DNA of 64,000 bases from Chthoniobacteraceae bacterium (GCA_031409335.1 JANNWY010000278.1:30220-94219); one strand, 5' to 3'. Numbered from the stretch's first letter, positions 35,116 to 50,100 are shown. Numbers and translations are program-made. The notes: a model not told the origin generated them from the sequence alone.

Positions 35116-38100
35116 TCAATAACCGCTCGCCGTCGATTGGGTGCCGAGCAGTTCGCCGCCGTATTTCACCGTGCCGAGTTGCAGCGGATTTTCGAGGCCG
35201 AGTCCGCCGAGCAGCGGCGCGGAGCGGCCGCTGAGCATGTCGGTGTTGAGCGTTTCGGTGAAGAAATGGCCGGGATTGATCGCGGGCGAAAAATAGGTGC
35301 GCAGGTTGTGGCCGGCGCCGTCGGGGATGCTGTAGGGCGCGGGGATTTGGGTGATCTGCACGTGGCTCGGGAAATCGTTGAGCGTCGTGCTTGGGAAGGT
35401 CGCCATCCAGTTGCCGCCGGCATCGACGACGACCGTTTGCGAGCCGATCGGTTCGCCGCGCACGTTGAAGACGGAGACGACGAGCGTCGCGCCCGGATCG
35501 GCTTCGCCGCTGTAGATCGGCATCAGCGGCAGCAGCGGCGCGCGGTCGAAAACGCGCGGCTCTTCCGGGAAGAGGAGGCCCTTGCGCAGGTCGAGCGCTT
35601 CTTTCCCGAAGTCGTTGAAAACATCCCACGCATACACGAACGCCGGTGGTGCCACGACGATGTCCGTGTCCATCGCTGAATTGTCGGTCACATCCGCCGC
35701 ATCCGTCCCGTATCTGCCATCGTCGATGATGGTCGCAAGATTCGCGAGGATGCCGGCATCCGGCACGTCATCGCCCACCAGCACCACGATCTCGAAAGTC
35801 ACCGCTTCCCCGGCGGCGAGCGGACGCGAAAAGCTCCAGACGATTTGATTGCCCACCACGATCGCTTCGCCGGTGAGGCCCGGGTTTGCGCTCTTCGCCG
35901 AAACCAGCGTTACACCCGGCGGCAGTGAATCGATCACGACCGTGCCATGCGAATTCTGCGCGCCGTCATTGCTCGCGGTGACGCGATACGTCAGCAATTG
36001 CCCCGGCGTCGCCGCCACGACGCCATCGTCGTTGGTGATCCGCAGCTCGGGCATCGCCACCAGATCGTCCGAGTCGGTCGCGGTATTGTCGTTCGGCGTC
36101 GGATCGGCGCCATTGCGACCGTCGTCCTGCACCGTGACGGTGTCGGTGATCAACTGATTCCCCGGCTGCGCAGCGAAGTCGCCGAAGCTCGACCGCACGC
36201 GCGCGGTCAGCGTCAGCGTCAGCGTTTCCCCCGCGGGCAGGCTCGCGACATTCCAAGTCACCGTGCCCGCCGCGACATCGACCATGCCACCGTGGCTCGC
36301 GACGACGGTGGAGAAAATGCCGGTCGCGAAAGTATCGCGCACGACGATGTCCCCGCCGCCTTGATTGCCGCGATTCGCGACGACGAGCGTATAGACCAGC
36401 GTTTCGCCGGGACGCGCGTCGGAGCGGTTGTCAGTTTTTGAAATGGAATAGTCCGGCGCGGCGACGAGGGCATCGCTGTCCGATGCGGAGTTATCGGCGG
36501 GCGTCGGATCAATGTCGGCGTGCGTGACGTTCACGACATTGGTGAACGTGTCGATGTCCGCGGGCGCGCTCGCTTTCAAATCGACGACGACGGTGAGCGT
36601 GACGGTCTGCCCCACGGCAATCGCTGGAACGACGTAGGTCACGACACCATTCGCGTGGGTCGCGCCGGGTGTGCTCAGCGTGCGGTTGAAGTTCGCCAGA
36701 CCGGCGGGCAGCACGTCCCGCACGGCCACGTTGGTCGCGGCATCGGTGCCGCTGTTCGTCACGCGGATCGTGTAAGTCAGCCGTCCGCCAGGCGACACAG
36801 AGACTGCGCCATCGTCCTTCGTCACCGACAAATCCGCGCCCACGATCGTCGCGAGTACCGCCGCGCTGCCCGTGCTCGTGCGCTGGTTCGCATTCGCGCC
36901 GGAGCGCGTGTCGTAGGTGAGATCCACGCTGTTGGTAAAATCATCGTCGCCACCGCCGAGCGCGCCGCCGATCAGTGCGAGGTTGCTCGTCACTGTCGCG
37001 CGATACGTGATCGTCGCGGTCCCGCCGAGCGGCAGTTGATCGAGCACGAGATTCAAGCCACCGCCGTTGCTGGAAGTGTTCGAGAGGATGTTCGCGCCGG
37101 TCACCTGCACGCTTCCTGCGATGAGCGAAACCTCGCCCGGCAGTGCGTCGCTCAGGATCAAGTCGAACGCCGCCGAATCGCTCGCCGCCGCGTGCGTGAG
37201 GGTGATCGTGTAGGTCACCACCTGGCCGAGATGCGGTGTCGTGTCATCGATGCTCTTGACGATATTCAGCACCGGCTCCGCGACCGTCAGCGTCTGCGAA
37301 TCCGCCCGCACAATCGGCCCGCCACCGACATCGTAGCTCGCAGTCGCGGTGTTTGTTTTCGCCGATTGCGCCGCACTGCCCGCGGCATTGTTGTCCACGC
37401 TGTCGAGCACGTCGGCGTCGTAGGTGATCGTCAGCGTATTGACGCTGCCATCGACCGCGCTCCGCACGCTGCCGATCGCGAGGTCGAGCTGGTTCGCGGA
37501 GTAGGTGAAATTTGCGGACACCACCGAAACCCCAGAACCGCCGGTCAGCACCGCGGAGCCGGAAACCAATTGCAACCCGGCCGGCAGCACATCCGCCAGC
37601 GCGAGATTATTCAGCACGCCGTCGGCAAGGTTGATCGTGATCGAATAGCGCAGCCGCTCGCCGATCTCCGCTTTCGTGTCGCCGACGATGCCCTTGTCGA
37701 TCGCGAAATCGCCCGCGCCATCGCCGACGCCAGCCGCCACCGAGCTTTGCAATTCGTAGTCGTTCAAGCCGCCGCCGTTGAGGAAGCCGTTGCCGCTGCC
37801 CCGCTCGTTGGCGTCCGGCCCGTCGAGCGTGGACCACGTCAGATCCGCGAGACTGTTGAGCGTCGATCCGAGCACCGCGTCGCTCGTCACCGTCACTTCA
37901 TAAACCACGACGATGCTGCCACCGACGGGAATATCGAAGACGCCATTCAGCGTCGCGCCCGCGCCTGCGATCGTGGCCGGCGCACTCACCGAGGCACCAC
38001 CCGCGGCCGTCGTGCTCACGATGCGCGCGATCTGCAATCCCACCGGCATCGCATCGTTCAGCGTCGCCTCCCACGCCGTGCTGCCACTGCCCACCGCGTG

Positions 38101-41100
38101 ATTGATCGTGATCGTGTAAGTCAGCGTGTCGCCCGCATTGATCGTCGGCGGCGCGGCGGTGATCTGTTTGTCGAGCGAAAGGATCGGCTCCGCCACGGTC
38201 GTCGTGACGGTGTTTGAAACGCCGGGCGTGCCGCTGCCATCGTTCGCGGGGTCTGCCGCGACTTCAGTGCCCGTCGCCAAATTGTCGCCGTCGCGATCCG
38301 CGCTCACGTACCCCGCCGAGCCGTCGGCATTCGTGTCCAGCAGCGCGGCAAATGCATTGGCGTGCGTGAAGCCCGCCTGGTTCTGCGCCGTATTCGTCAC
38401 GAGCGCATTGAAGCGAACCGTCACGAATTCGCGGTCGGCGTCGCTGTCGTTATTCGTCAGCGTTCCGAGCTTCAGGAAAACATCGGCACCATCGGCGAAG
38501 TTGTCGTCATCGGCGGTCAGCGAAGCGGAGATCAGCGCATCGTTTGTCGTGTTCGTGTAAGTGCCCGCGGCGATTCCACCGATGCTCGTCGCGACGTTGG
38601 TGAAGCCGATTTGCAACGGCGCGTTTGGCAGGAACTGCAATCCCGCGGGCAGCAGATCGCTCAGCACCACCAGTCGATTCGCGCCCTCGGCCAGCTCGAA
38701 TTGAAGTTGGAAAGTCACCACTTCACCCGGCACCACATTTGCCCCGCCCGACCCCGCCGACGATGTGCCCGTCAGCGTCTTCGCGATTTGTGGAAGATCA
38801 TCGTCGAGCACGGTTCCCACGCCCGTTCCATCCGCGATTGTCCCATTCACCGCGCCACTCAAGACCACGCTGAACGTCTCGCGATTTTCGTAAAGCGCGT
38901 CGCTCGTGATCGGCACGATTACCGTCATGCTCGTCACGCCGGGCACGAAGGTCAGCGTCCCGCTAACGCCCGTGAAATCGCTGCCGCTGCGCGCGCTGCC
39001 ATTCGCGCTCGCGTAACTCACGTCCACCGGCAGTCCGCTCGCCTTGCTCAGCGTCACCGTGAAGGTCGCGGTGCCCGCGCTCTCGTTCACCGTCACGTCG
39101 CCGATGGAAATGTCCGGCGGCCCGTCGTTGTCGAGGATCGTCGCCGTGCCGGTGGCGCTCGCGTTCACTGTCGCGCCTGCGCTGCGCGTGGCCGTGAGGG
39201 TGAAGGTCTCCGCCGTTTCCGGCAGCGCGTCGTCGCTGATCGGCGCGCGCACCAGCACGCTCGTTTCCCCCGCCGCTATCGTCGCCGACGCAGCGGCCAG
39301 CCACGTCGCGCCGCCGTCGGTGGAAACTTCGAGTGCCGCGCTGAAGTCGATGCCGCCGCCCGTGGCCGAGCCGTCCGCGAGCGCGAGATTCACGCTCACT
39401 GGCACCGTCGAGAGATTACCCAGGCTCACGGTGAAGACCACGAAACTGTCCACGCCCTCCGTCACCGTCACGTTGCTCACCGCGAGCGCTGGCGTGTCGT
39501 TGTCCGTCCCGCCCGCGCCCGTGCCGTCGTCGAGGATCGTGCCCGTGCCCGTCGCGGTGGCGACGGTCGCGTTCACCGCGCCACCCAGCGTCACAGTGAA
39601 GTTTTCGCTCACCTCAAAAGCGGCATCGTCGAGGATCGGCACGACGAACGTCTGGCTCGTCACCCCCGGCGCGAAATTCAGCACGCCGCTCGTGCTCGTG
39701 AAATCCGCGCCACTCGTGGCCGTGCCGTTCGCCGTCGCATATCCGACGCTCACGGGCAGCCCGCTCGGCGCGCTCAGCGTCACCGTGAAAGTCATCGTCC
39801 CCGCGGCTTCATTCACCGTCACGTCATTGATCGCGAGCGCGGGCGACGCGTCGTTGTCGGCAATCGTCGCCGTGCCGCTCGCGAATGCGTTCGCCGTGCT
39901 GCCCGCCGCGCGCGTCGCCGTCAGCGTGAACGTCTCCGCCGCCTCATCGAGCGCGTCGTCGTTGATCGGCGTGCGCACCAGCACACTCGTCGCGCCCGCG
40001 GCGAAACTCGCGCTCCCCGACGAGGCCCACGTTACCCCGCCGTCGGTCGAGACTTCGAGCCCGGGGCCGAAATCTGTGGCAGTCGCGGTGCCGTTCGCCA
40101 GCGCGAGATTCACGGTGGTCGGCGCGGTGGACGGATTGGACAGCGTGATCGCGAAGACCGCGAAACCGTCCGTGCCTTCCGTCACCGCGACATTCGACAC
40201 GCTCAGCGTTGGCGTGTCGTCGTCCGTGCCGCCTGCGCCGGTGCCATCGTCGCGGATCGTCCCGACGCCCGTGTCGTCGGCGATGGTCGCGTTGATCCCG
40301 CCGCTGAGCACCACGCTGAAGTCCTCACTGTTCTCGAAGATCGCATCGTCCAGAATCGGCACGGTGATCGTCTGACTCGTCACGCCCACCGCAAAGTTCA
40401 GCGTCCCGCCCGTGCTCGTGAAATCCGCGCCCGCCGTGGCTGTCGTATCGCTGGTCGTGTAGTTGACGCTCACGGGCAGCCCGCTCGGCACGTCCAGCGT
40501 TACCGTGAAAGTTATCGTCCCCGCGGCTTCATTCACCGTCACGTCGTCGATCGAAAGCGCGGGCGGGCCGTCGTTGTCGGTGATCGTCGCGGTGCCGGTG
40601 GCAAGCGCGTTCGTCGTGCTGCCCGCCGCGCGCGTCGCCGTCAGCGTGAACGTTTCCGCCACCTCATCGAGCGTGTCATCGGTGATCGCCGTGCGCACGA
40701 GCACACTCGTCGCGCCCGCGGCAAAGGTCGCGCTGCTCGACGGCGTCCACGTCGCGCCGCCGTTGGTCGAGACTTCGCGTCCGACGCCGTAATCCGCACC
40801 GGTCGCGGTGCCGTTCGCCAGCCCGAGATTCACGCTCGTCGGCGCGGTGGACGGATTGGACAGGGTGACCGCGAATACCGCGAATCCATCGGTGCCTTCC
40901 GTCACTGCGACATTCGATACGCTCAGCGTTGGCGTGTCGTTATCCGTGCCGCCCGCGCCATTGCCATCGTCGCGAATCGTCCCGATGCCGAGCGCATCGG
41001 AAATCGTCGCATTCGTCGGCGCGCTCAGCGTCACGCTGAAGGTCTCGCCGTTTTCAAAGATCGCATCGTTCAGAATCGGCACGGTGATCGTCTGACTCGT

Positions 41101-44100
41101 CACGCCCGCCGCGAAGTTCAGCGTCCCGCTCGTGCTCGTGAAGTCCGCGCCCGCCGTCGCCGAGCCGGGGATGGTTGCATAGTTCACGCTCACCGGCACG
41201 CCACTCGACGCACTCAGCGTCACCGTGAAAGTCATCATCCCCGCGGCTTCGTTCACCGTCACGTCGTTGATCGAGAGTGCGGGCGGGCCGTCGTTGTCGG
41301 CGATCGTCGCGGTGCCGGTGGCAATCGCGTTCGTCGTGGTTCCTCCCGTACGCGTCGCGGTCAGCGTGAACGTCTCCGCAGTTTCATCCAGCGCATCGTC
41401 CGTGATCGGCGTGCGCACCAGCACGCTCGTCGCGCCCGCCGCGATCGTCGCGCTGCCCGACGAAACCCAAGTCGCGCCGCCGTCGGTGGAAACTTCCAGG
41501 CCCGCGCCATAGTCCGCGCCGGTCGCCGTCCCATCGGCCAGCGCCAGAGCGAAACTCACCGGCGTCGTGGATGCATTCGACAGCCCCACGCTGAACACCG
41601 CGAACCCATCGATCCCCTCCGTCACCGCCACGTTCGCCACACTCAGCGTCGGCGTGTCGTTGTCCGTCCCACCCGCGCCGGTGCCGTCGTCGAGGATCGT
41701 GCCCACGCCCGTCGCATCCGCGATCGTCGCATTCACCGCTCCACTCAAAGTGACGTTGAACGTTTCACTATTCTCAAAAACCGCGTCGTCCCCGATCGCC
41801 ACCGTCACCGTCTGGCTTGTCACGCCGACGGCAAAATTCAGCGTGCCGCTGGTGCCCGTGTAGTCGCTGCCATCCGCCGCCGTCACATCGCCCGTCGCAT
41901 AGTTCACGCTCACCGGCTGCCCGCTCGGCGCGCCCAGCGTCACCGTGAAAGTCAGCGTGCCCGCGGCTTCATTCACCGTCACATCATTGATCGAGAAAGC
42001 CGGTGGCGCATCGTCGTCGTTGATCGTGGCCGTGCCGATCGCGCTGACGTTGGTCGTGGTGCCCACCGTGCGCGTCGCCGTCAGCGTGAATGTTTCCGCC
42101 GCTTCATCCAGCGCGTCATCGGTGATCGGCGCGCGCACCAGCACACTCGTGCTGCCAGCGGCGATCGTCGCGTCGCCCGCCGCGTTCCAAGTCGCGCCGC
42201 CATCCGTCGAGACTTCGAGGCTGGCGCCGTAGTCCGCGCCGCTCGCCGTCCCGTCCACCAGCGCCAGATTGAAGCTCACCGCCGTCGTCGAAGCATTCGA
42301 CAGACTGACCGCAAACACCGCGAACCCATCCGTGCCCTCGGTGACGCTCACATTGGCGACGACGAGGGTCGGCGTGTCGTTGTCCGTCCCACCCGCGCCG
42401 GTGCCGTCGTCGAGGATCGTGCCCTCGGCGCTCCCATCGGCCACGACCGCATTCACCGGTGCATTCAGGAACACGTTGAAGCTCTCGCTGTTCTCGAAAA
42501 CCGCGTCGTCCAGGATCGACACCACGAACGTCTGACTCGTCACGCCGGGCGCAAAATCCAGCACGCCGCTGGTGCCTGCGAAGTCGCCGCCATCGACCGC
42601 GCTGCCATCGGTGGTCACGTAGTTCACGCTCACCGCCAGTCCGCTCGGCGCGCTCAGCGTCACCGTGAAAGTCGCGTTCCCGGCGGCTTCATTCACGACC
42701 ACGTCGAAGACCGTCAGCGAAGGCATCGCATCGTCATCCGTGATCGTGGCGGTGCCGACGGCGCTCGCGTTGCCCGTCACGCCGGCGGTGCGCGTCGCGG
42801 TCAGCGTGAAAGTTTCCGGCAGCTCATCGAGCGCGTCGTCGAGGATCGGTGTGCGCACCAGCACGCTCGTCGCCCCCGCCGCGAAAGTCGCAGTGGTCCC
42901 ACTCGTCCAAGTCGTCCCACCGTCGGTGGAAACTTCGAGCCCTGGCCCGTAGTCCGCGCCCGTCGCCGTGCCATCCGCCAGCACGAGATTGAAACTCACG
43001 GGCGTCGTCGAAGCATTCGACAGACTGACCGCAAACACCGCGAACCCATCCGTGCCCTCGGTCACGCTCACATTGGCGACGACGAGGGTCGGCGTGTCGT
43101 TATCCGTCCCGCCCGCGCCGGTGCCGTCGTCGAAAATCATCCCGATGCCGAGGTTGTCCGCGATCGTCGCATTCACCGCGGCGCTCAGCATCACGCTGAA
43201 CGCTTCGCTGCCCTCGAAAATAGCGTCGTCCACGATCACGACCGTCACCGTCTGACTGATCACGCCCGCCGCGAAATTCAGCGTCCCGGCGCCGCCCGCG
43301 AAATCCGTCCCCGCGACCGCCGTCCCGCTCGCCGTCGTGTAATTCACGCTCACGCCTTGTCCGCTCGGCGCGTTCAGCGTCACCGTGAAAGTCGCCGTGC
43401 CGGCATCTTCGTTCACCGTCACATCGTCGATCGAAAATGCCGGTGGCCCATCGTCGTCGTTGATCGTCGCGGTGCCCGCCGCGCTGGCATTCGTCGTCGT
43501 TCCCGCGCTGCGCGTCGCCGTCAGCGTGAATGCCTCCACCGTCTCATCCAGCGCATCATCGGTGATCGCCGTCCGCACCAGCACGCTCGTGCTTCCCGCC
43601 GCGATCGTCGCCGTGGTCCCACTCGTCCAAGTCGTCCCACCGTCGGTGGACACTTCGAGCCCCGGCCCGTAGTCCGCGCCCGTCGCCGATCCATTTGCCA
43701 GAGCCAGTCCCACGGTCACCGGCGTCGTCGAGACATTCGACAAATTCACCGCGAACACCGCAAACCCATCCGTCCCCTCGGTCACCGTCACATTCGTCAC
43801 GCTCAGGCCCGGCGTATCGTTGTCCGTCCCGCCCGCGCCCGTGCCGTCATCGAGGATCGTGCCCACGCCCGTCGCGTCGGCGATCGTCGCATTCACCGCG
43901 CCGCTCAGCGTCACATTGAAGCTCTCGCTGTTCTCGAAAATCGCGTCATCGAGGATCGCCACCGTCACCGTCTGACTCGTCACGCCCGCCGCGAAATTCA
44001 GCGTCCCGGCGGCGGCCGCGAAATCCGCTCCCGCCGTCGCGCTCGCATTGCCCGTCGCGTAGCTCACGCTCACCGGCTGCCCGCTCGGCACGTTCAATCG

Positions 44101-47100
44101 CACCGTGAAAGTCGCGGTCCCCGCCGCTTCGTTCACGGTCACTTCGTCGATCGAGAATGTCGGTGGCGCTTCGTCGTCGTTGATCGTCGCCGTGCCCGCC
44201 GCGCTGGCATTCGTCGTCGCTCCGCCGGTGCGCGTCGCTGTCAGCGTGAAAGTCTCCGCCGCTTCATCCAGCGCATCGTCGGTGATCGCCGTCCGCACCA
44301 GCACGCTCGTCGTGCCCGCCGCGATCGTCGCATTGGTCCCGCTCGCCCAAATCGTCCCACCATCCGTCGAGACCTCCAGCCCCGGACCGAAGTCCGCACC
44401 CGTCGCCGATCCATTGGCCAGAGCCAGTCCCACGCTCACATCCGTCGTCGAGGCATTCGACAAACTCACCGTGAATACCGCGTGCGGATCGGTCCCCTCC
44501 AGCACCGACACATTCCCCACGCTCAAGGTCGGCGTGTCATCGTCCGTCCCACCCGCACCAGTCCCGTCGTCGCGAATGGTGCCGACGCCGGTTGCATCGG
44601 CGATCGTCGCGTTGGTTGCCCCGCTCAGATTTACGTTGAACGTTTCACTGTTCTCAAAAAGCGCATCGTCGAGGATCGGCACCGTGATCGTCTGACTCGT
44701 CACTCCCGGCGCAAAGCTGAGCGTGCCTGTCGTGTCCGTAAAATCCGCGCCCGTGCCCGCCGTGCCGCTGGCCGTCGCGAAATCCACGCTCACCGGCAGT
44801 CCGCTCGCTCCGCTCAGCGTCACCGTGAAAGTCACCGTGCCCGCGGCTTCATTCACCGTCACGTCGTCGATCGAAATGGCTGGCGGCGGGTCGTTGTCCG
44901 CAATCGTGCCGATACCGGTCGCGACGGGATTCACCGTGTCTCCGCCCGTCACCGTCGCCGTGAGCGTGAACGCCTCCGTCGATTCGTCGAGCGCGTCATC
45001 GTTGATCGGCGTGCGGGCCAGCACGCTCATATTCCCGGCGGCGATCGTCGCAGCGCTGCCCGCGGTCCATGTCGCGCCGCCGTCGGTGGAAATTTCGAGG
45101 GCCGGCCCGAAATCGAGGCCGCCGCCCGTCGCGGTTCCGTCCGCCAGCGCGAGATTCACGGAGATCGCCTCGAACGAGGGATTCGAAAGTCCCACGAGGA
45201 AGACGATGTGCGTGTCCGCGCCTTCGGTGGCGGTGACATCGGAGACCGTCACGGTCGGCGCGTCGTCGTCGATCCCGCCGATGCCCGTGCCGTCGTCGCG
45301 GATCGTGCCGAGCCCGAGCCCGTCCGCGATCGTCGCGTTCACTGCGCTGCTCAGATTCACGTTGAAGTCTTCGCTCACCTCGAACAGCGAATCGTCCAGG
45401 ATCGTCACGGTGATCGTCTGGCTCGTCACACCCGGCGCGAAATTCAGCGTCCCGCTCCCCGCCGCAAAGTCCGCGCCCGCGACAGCCGTGGCGTCCGCCA
45501 AAACGTAATCCACGCTCGTCGTCTTCCCGCTCGGCGCGTTCAGCGTCACCGTGAAAGTCGCCGTGCCCGCGCCTTCGTTCACGATCACATCATCGATCGA
45601 GAATTCCGGCGGCGCGTCGTCGTCGATGATCGTCGCAGTCCCCGCCGCGCTCACGTTTGTCGTCGCGCCCGCCGTCCGCGTCGCGGTCAGCGTGAACGCC
45701 TCCACCTCTTCATCCAGCGCGTCGTCGCTGATCGCTGTGCGCACCAGCGCGCTCGTGTCGCCCGCGGCAATCGTCACGCTGCCGCCCGCCGTCCACGTCG
45801 CTCCGCCATCCGTGGAAACTTCGATCACCGGTCCGAAATCCAGCGCCGTCGCGCTGCCATCGTTCAGCACGAGGTTCACGCTCACCGGCGTCGTCGAGAC
45901 GTTCGAGAGATTCACCGCAAACACCGCAAACCCATCGGTCCCCTCCGTCACCGTCACATTCGACACGCTCAGCCCCGGGATGTCGTTGTCCGTCCCGCCC
46001 GCGCCGGTGCCGTCATCGAGGATCGTGCCGACTCCGATCGCATCGCCGATCAGCGCATTCACCGCGCCGCTCAGCGTCACGCTGAAGCTCTCGCTGTTCT
46101 CGAAAATCGTGTCGTTCGCGATCGAGATCGTCACCGTCTGGCTCGTCACCCCCGGCGCGAAATTCAGCACGCCGCCCGACGCCGTGTAGTCGGCTCCGAC
46201 CACCGCCGTGCCATCGCCCGTCGTGAAATTCACGCTCACCGGAAACCCGCTCACCGCATCCAGCGTCACCGTGAAAGTGATCGTCCCCGCGCCCTCGTTC
46301 ACCGTCACGTCATCGATCGCCATCGTGACCGGAGGGTCATCGTCGGTGATCGTCGCCGCGCCCGCCGCGTTCGCATTCGTCGTCGTGCCCGCGGTCCGCG
46401 TCGCCGTCAGCGTGAAAGACTCCGCGGGTTCGTCCGTCGCGTCGTTCACGATCGGTGTGCGCACGAGCACACTCGTCGCGCCCGCTGCGATCGTCGCGCT
46501 GCTGCCCGCCGCCCAAGTCGCGCCACCGTCAGTCGAAACCTCCAAGCCCGGCCCGTAATCCACGCTCGTCGCCGTGCCATCCGCCAGCGCTAGATTGAAG
46601 CTCACCGGCGTCGTCGAGGTATTCGACAAACTCACCGCGAACACCGCGAAGCCATCGGTCCCCTCGGTCACCGTCACATTGGAAACATCGAGCGTCGGCG
46701 TGTCATCGTCCGCGCCGCCCGCGCCCGTGCCGTCATCGACGATCGTGCCCACCCCGGTCGCATCGGCGATCGTCGCATTCACCGCGCCACCCAGCGTCAC
46801 CGCGAAGTTTTCGCTCTGCTCAAAAATCGTATCGTTCGCGATCGAAACCGTCACCGTCTGGCTCACGACTCCTGCGGCGAAATTGAGCGTGCCGCTGCTC
46901 GCGCCAAAGTCCGCGCCGCTCGCCGCCGTGCCGCTCGCGGTCGCGTAGGAAACGCTCAGCGGCTGCCCGCTCGGCGTGTTCAGCGTCACCGTGAAAGTCG
47001 CCGTGCCCGTCGCTTCGTTCACGCTCAGATCGTCGATCGAGAGGGTCGGCGGCGGATCGTCGTCGTTGATCGTCGCCGCTCCGAGCGCGCTCGCGTTCTT

Positions 47101-50100
47101 CGTCGCGCCCGCCGTCCGCGTCGCCGTCAGCGTGAAGGTCTCCGCCGCTTCATCCAGCAAGTCGTCCGTGACCGGCGCGCGCACCAGCACGCTCGCCGTG
47201 CCCGCCGCGATCGTCGCATTGGCCCCGCTCGTCCAATTCGTCCCACCATCCGTCGAGAACTCCAGCGCCGGCCCAAAGTCTGCGCCCGTCGCCGTGCCAT
47301 TTGCCAGCGCCACACTAAAGCTCACATCCGTCGTCGAAAGATTCGACAACTCGACCGTGAACACCGCGTGCGGATCAGCGCCTTCCGTCACCGTCAGATT
47401 CGAGACCGTCAGCACCGGCGTGTCATCATCCGTGCCGCCCGGACCCGTGCCGTCATCCAGGATCGTGCCGACGCCCGTGCCATCCACGATCGTCACATTC
47501 ACCGGCCCGCTCAGCACCACCGCGAAGGTTTCGCTCGCCTCGAAAATCGTGTCGTTGGTGATCAGCACCGTCATCGTCTGGCTCACCACCCCGGTCGCAA
47601 AACTCAACGTGCCGGTCGTCGCGGTGAAGTCGGTGCCCGCCGTCGCGGTCGTATTCGCCGTCGCGAAATTCACGCTGAGCGGCTGTCCCGACGGCGTGTT
47701 CAGCGTCACCGTGAAAGTCATCGTCCCCGCGCCTTCGTTCACCGTCACATCATTGATGCTCACGTCCGGCGGCGGATCATCATCGACAATGCTCGCCGTG
47801 CCGATCGCGCTGCCGTTCGCCGTCGTCCCAGCCGTCCGCGTCGCGGTCAGCGTGAACATCTCGGTCGCCTCGTCCAGCGCATCATTCGCGATTGGCGTGC
47901 GCACCAGCACACTCGTTTGCCCCGCCGCGATCGTCGCCGTCGCCGCCGCGTTCCACGTCGCTCCGCCATCCGTCGAGACTTCGAGCGCCGGCCCAAAGTC
48001 CGCCGCGAGCGCCGTCCCGGTGGCCAATGCCAGGCTCACGCTCACCGGCGTCGTGCTCGGATTGCTCAGGCTCACCGCGAAGATCGCGAAAGGATCGGTG
48101 CCCTCCGTCACGGAAATATCCGCGACACTCAGCACCGGCGTGTCGTCGTCCGTCCCGCCCGCGCCGGTGCCATCATCGACGATCGTGCCCGTGCCGTCCG
48201 CATCCCCGATCGTCGCATTCACCGCGCCGCTCAGGCTCATGTCGAAGAACTCACTGCTTTCAAACAACGCGTCGTCGAGGATCGCGACCACGATGGTCTG
48301 AACAGTCTCGCCTGGCGCAAAATTCAGCGTGCCGCTCGTCGCCGTGTAGTCCAAGCCCGCCGTCGCCGTCGCGTCGCTCGACGCATAATTCACGCTGACC
48401 GGCAGACCGCTCGGCTCGTTCAGTGTCACCGTGAAAGTCACCGTGCCCGCGGCTTCATTCACCGTCAGATCGCCAATCGACAGCAGCGCCGGCGGCGGGT
48501 CTTCGTCGAGGATCGTCGCGATCGCCGCGGCGCTTGCATTCGTCGTCGTGCCACCCGTGCGGGTCGCGATCAGGTTGAAAGTCTCGTCGGCCTCATCGAG
48601 GAAATCGTTCGTGATCGGCGTCCGCACCAGCACGCTCGTGCTCCCCGCCGCGATCGTCGCAGTGGTCCCACTCGTCCAATTCGTCCCACCATCCGTCGAG
48701 ACTTCGATCGCCGGGCCATAGTCCGCGCCGCTCGCGCTGCCATTGGTCAGCACCAGATCCAGCACGACCGCGGTGGTCGAGACGTTCGACAGATTCACCG
48801 TGAAAATCGCAAAGTTGTCCGTGCCCTCAGTCACCGTCTGCCCGCTCATGCTGAACGTCGGCGTGTCATTGTCCGTCCCGCCCGCGCCCGCGCCGTCGTC
48901 GCGGATCGTGCCGATGCCGGTCGCGTCCCCGATCGTCGCATTCACCGCGCCACTCAGGGTCACGTTGAAGCTCTCGCTGTTCTCGAAAATCGCGTCGTTC
49001 AGGATCGGCACGACGATGGTCCGCGTCGTCACGCCCGCCGCGAAATTCAGCGTGCCGCTCACGCCGGTGTAATCCGCGCCCGCGAGCGCCGAGCCATCGC
49101 TCGTCGCGTAAGCCACGCTCACCGGCAGCCCGCTTGCGCCGCTCAGCGACACCGTGAAAGTCATCGTGCCCGCGGCTTCGTTGCGCGTCACATCGTTGAT
49201 CGTCACCGTCGGCGCGGGATCATTGTCGGTGATCGTGGCCGTACTAGCGGCACTCGCGTTCGTCGTGGTTCCCGCCGTGCGCGACGCGGTCAGCGTGAAT
49301 GTTTCCGCCAGCTCGTCGAGCGCATCGTCCGTGATTGGCGTGCGCACCAGCACGCTCGTCACGCCCGCCGCGATCGTCGAATTGGTCCCACTCGTCCAAA
49401 TCGTTCCACCATCCGTCGAAACCTCCAGCCCCGCCCCGTAGTCCGTCCCGCCGCCGAGCGCGGTCCCATTTGCCATGGCCAGACTCACGCTCACCGGAGT
49501 CGTGGAAACATTGGAAAGGCTCACCGTGAACACCGCGAACGCATCCGTCCCTTCGGTCAGCGCGATATTGGCAATGCTCAGCGCCGGCGTGTCGTTGTCC
49601 GTGCCACCCGCGCCCGTGCCATTGTCACGGATCGTTCCGATCCCCGTCCCGTCGCCGACCGTCGCATTCACCGCCACGCCGAGCAGCACGTTGAAGAACT
49701 CGCTGTTCTCAAAGATCGCGTCGTTCAGGATCGGCACCGTGATCGTCTGCGTCACCACCCCCGCCGCGAAATTCAGCGTCCCGCTCGTGCTCGTGTAATC
49801 CGCTCCCGCCGTCGCCGTACCGTTCGCCGTCGCGTAAGTCACGCTCACCGGCAGCGCGCTGACCGAACTCAGAGTCACCGTGAAAGTCATCGTCCCCGCC
49901 GCCTCGTTCACCGTCACGTCGTTGATCCCCGCCGTTGGCGGCCCGTCGTTGTCGGCGATCGTCGCGGTGCCGGTCGCGGAAAGATTCGTCGTCGTCCCCG
50001 CCGTGCGCGTCGCGGTCAGCGTGAAGTCTTCGTTCACTTCCGAAATCGCATCCTCGGCGATTGGCGTGCGCACCAGCACGCTCGTCGTGCCCGCCGCGAT

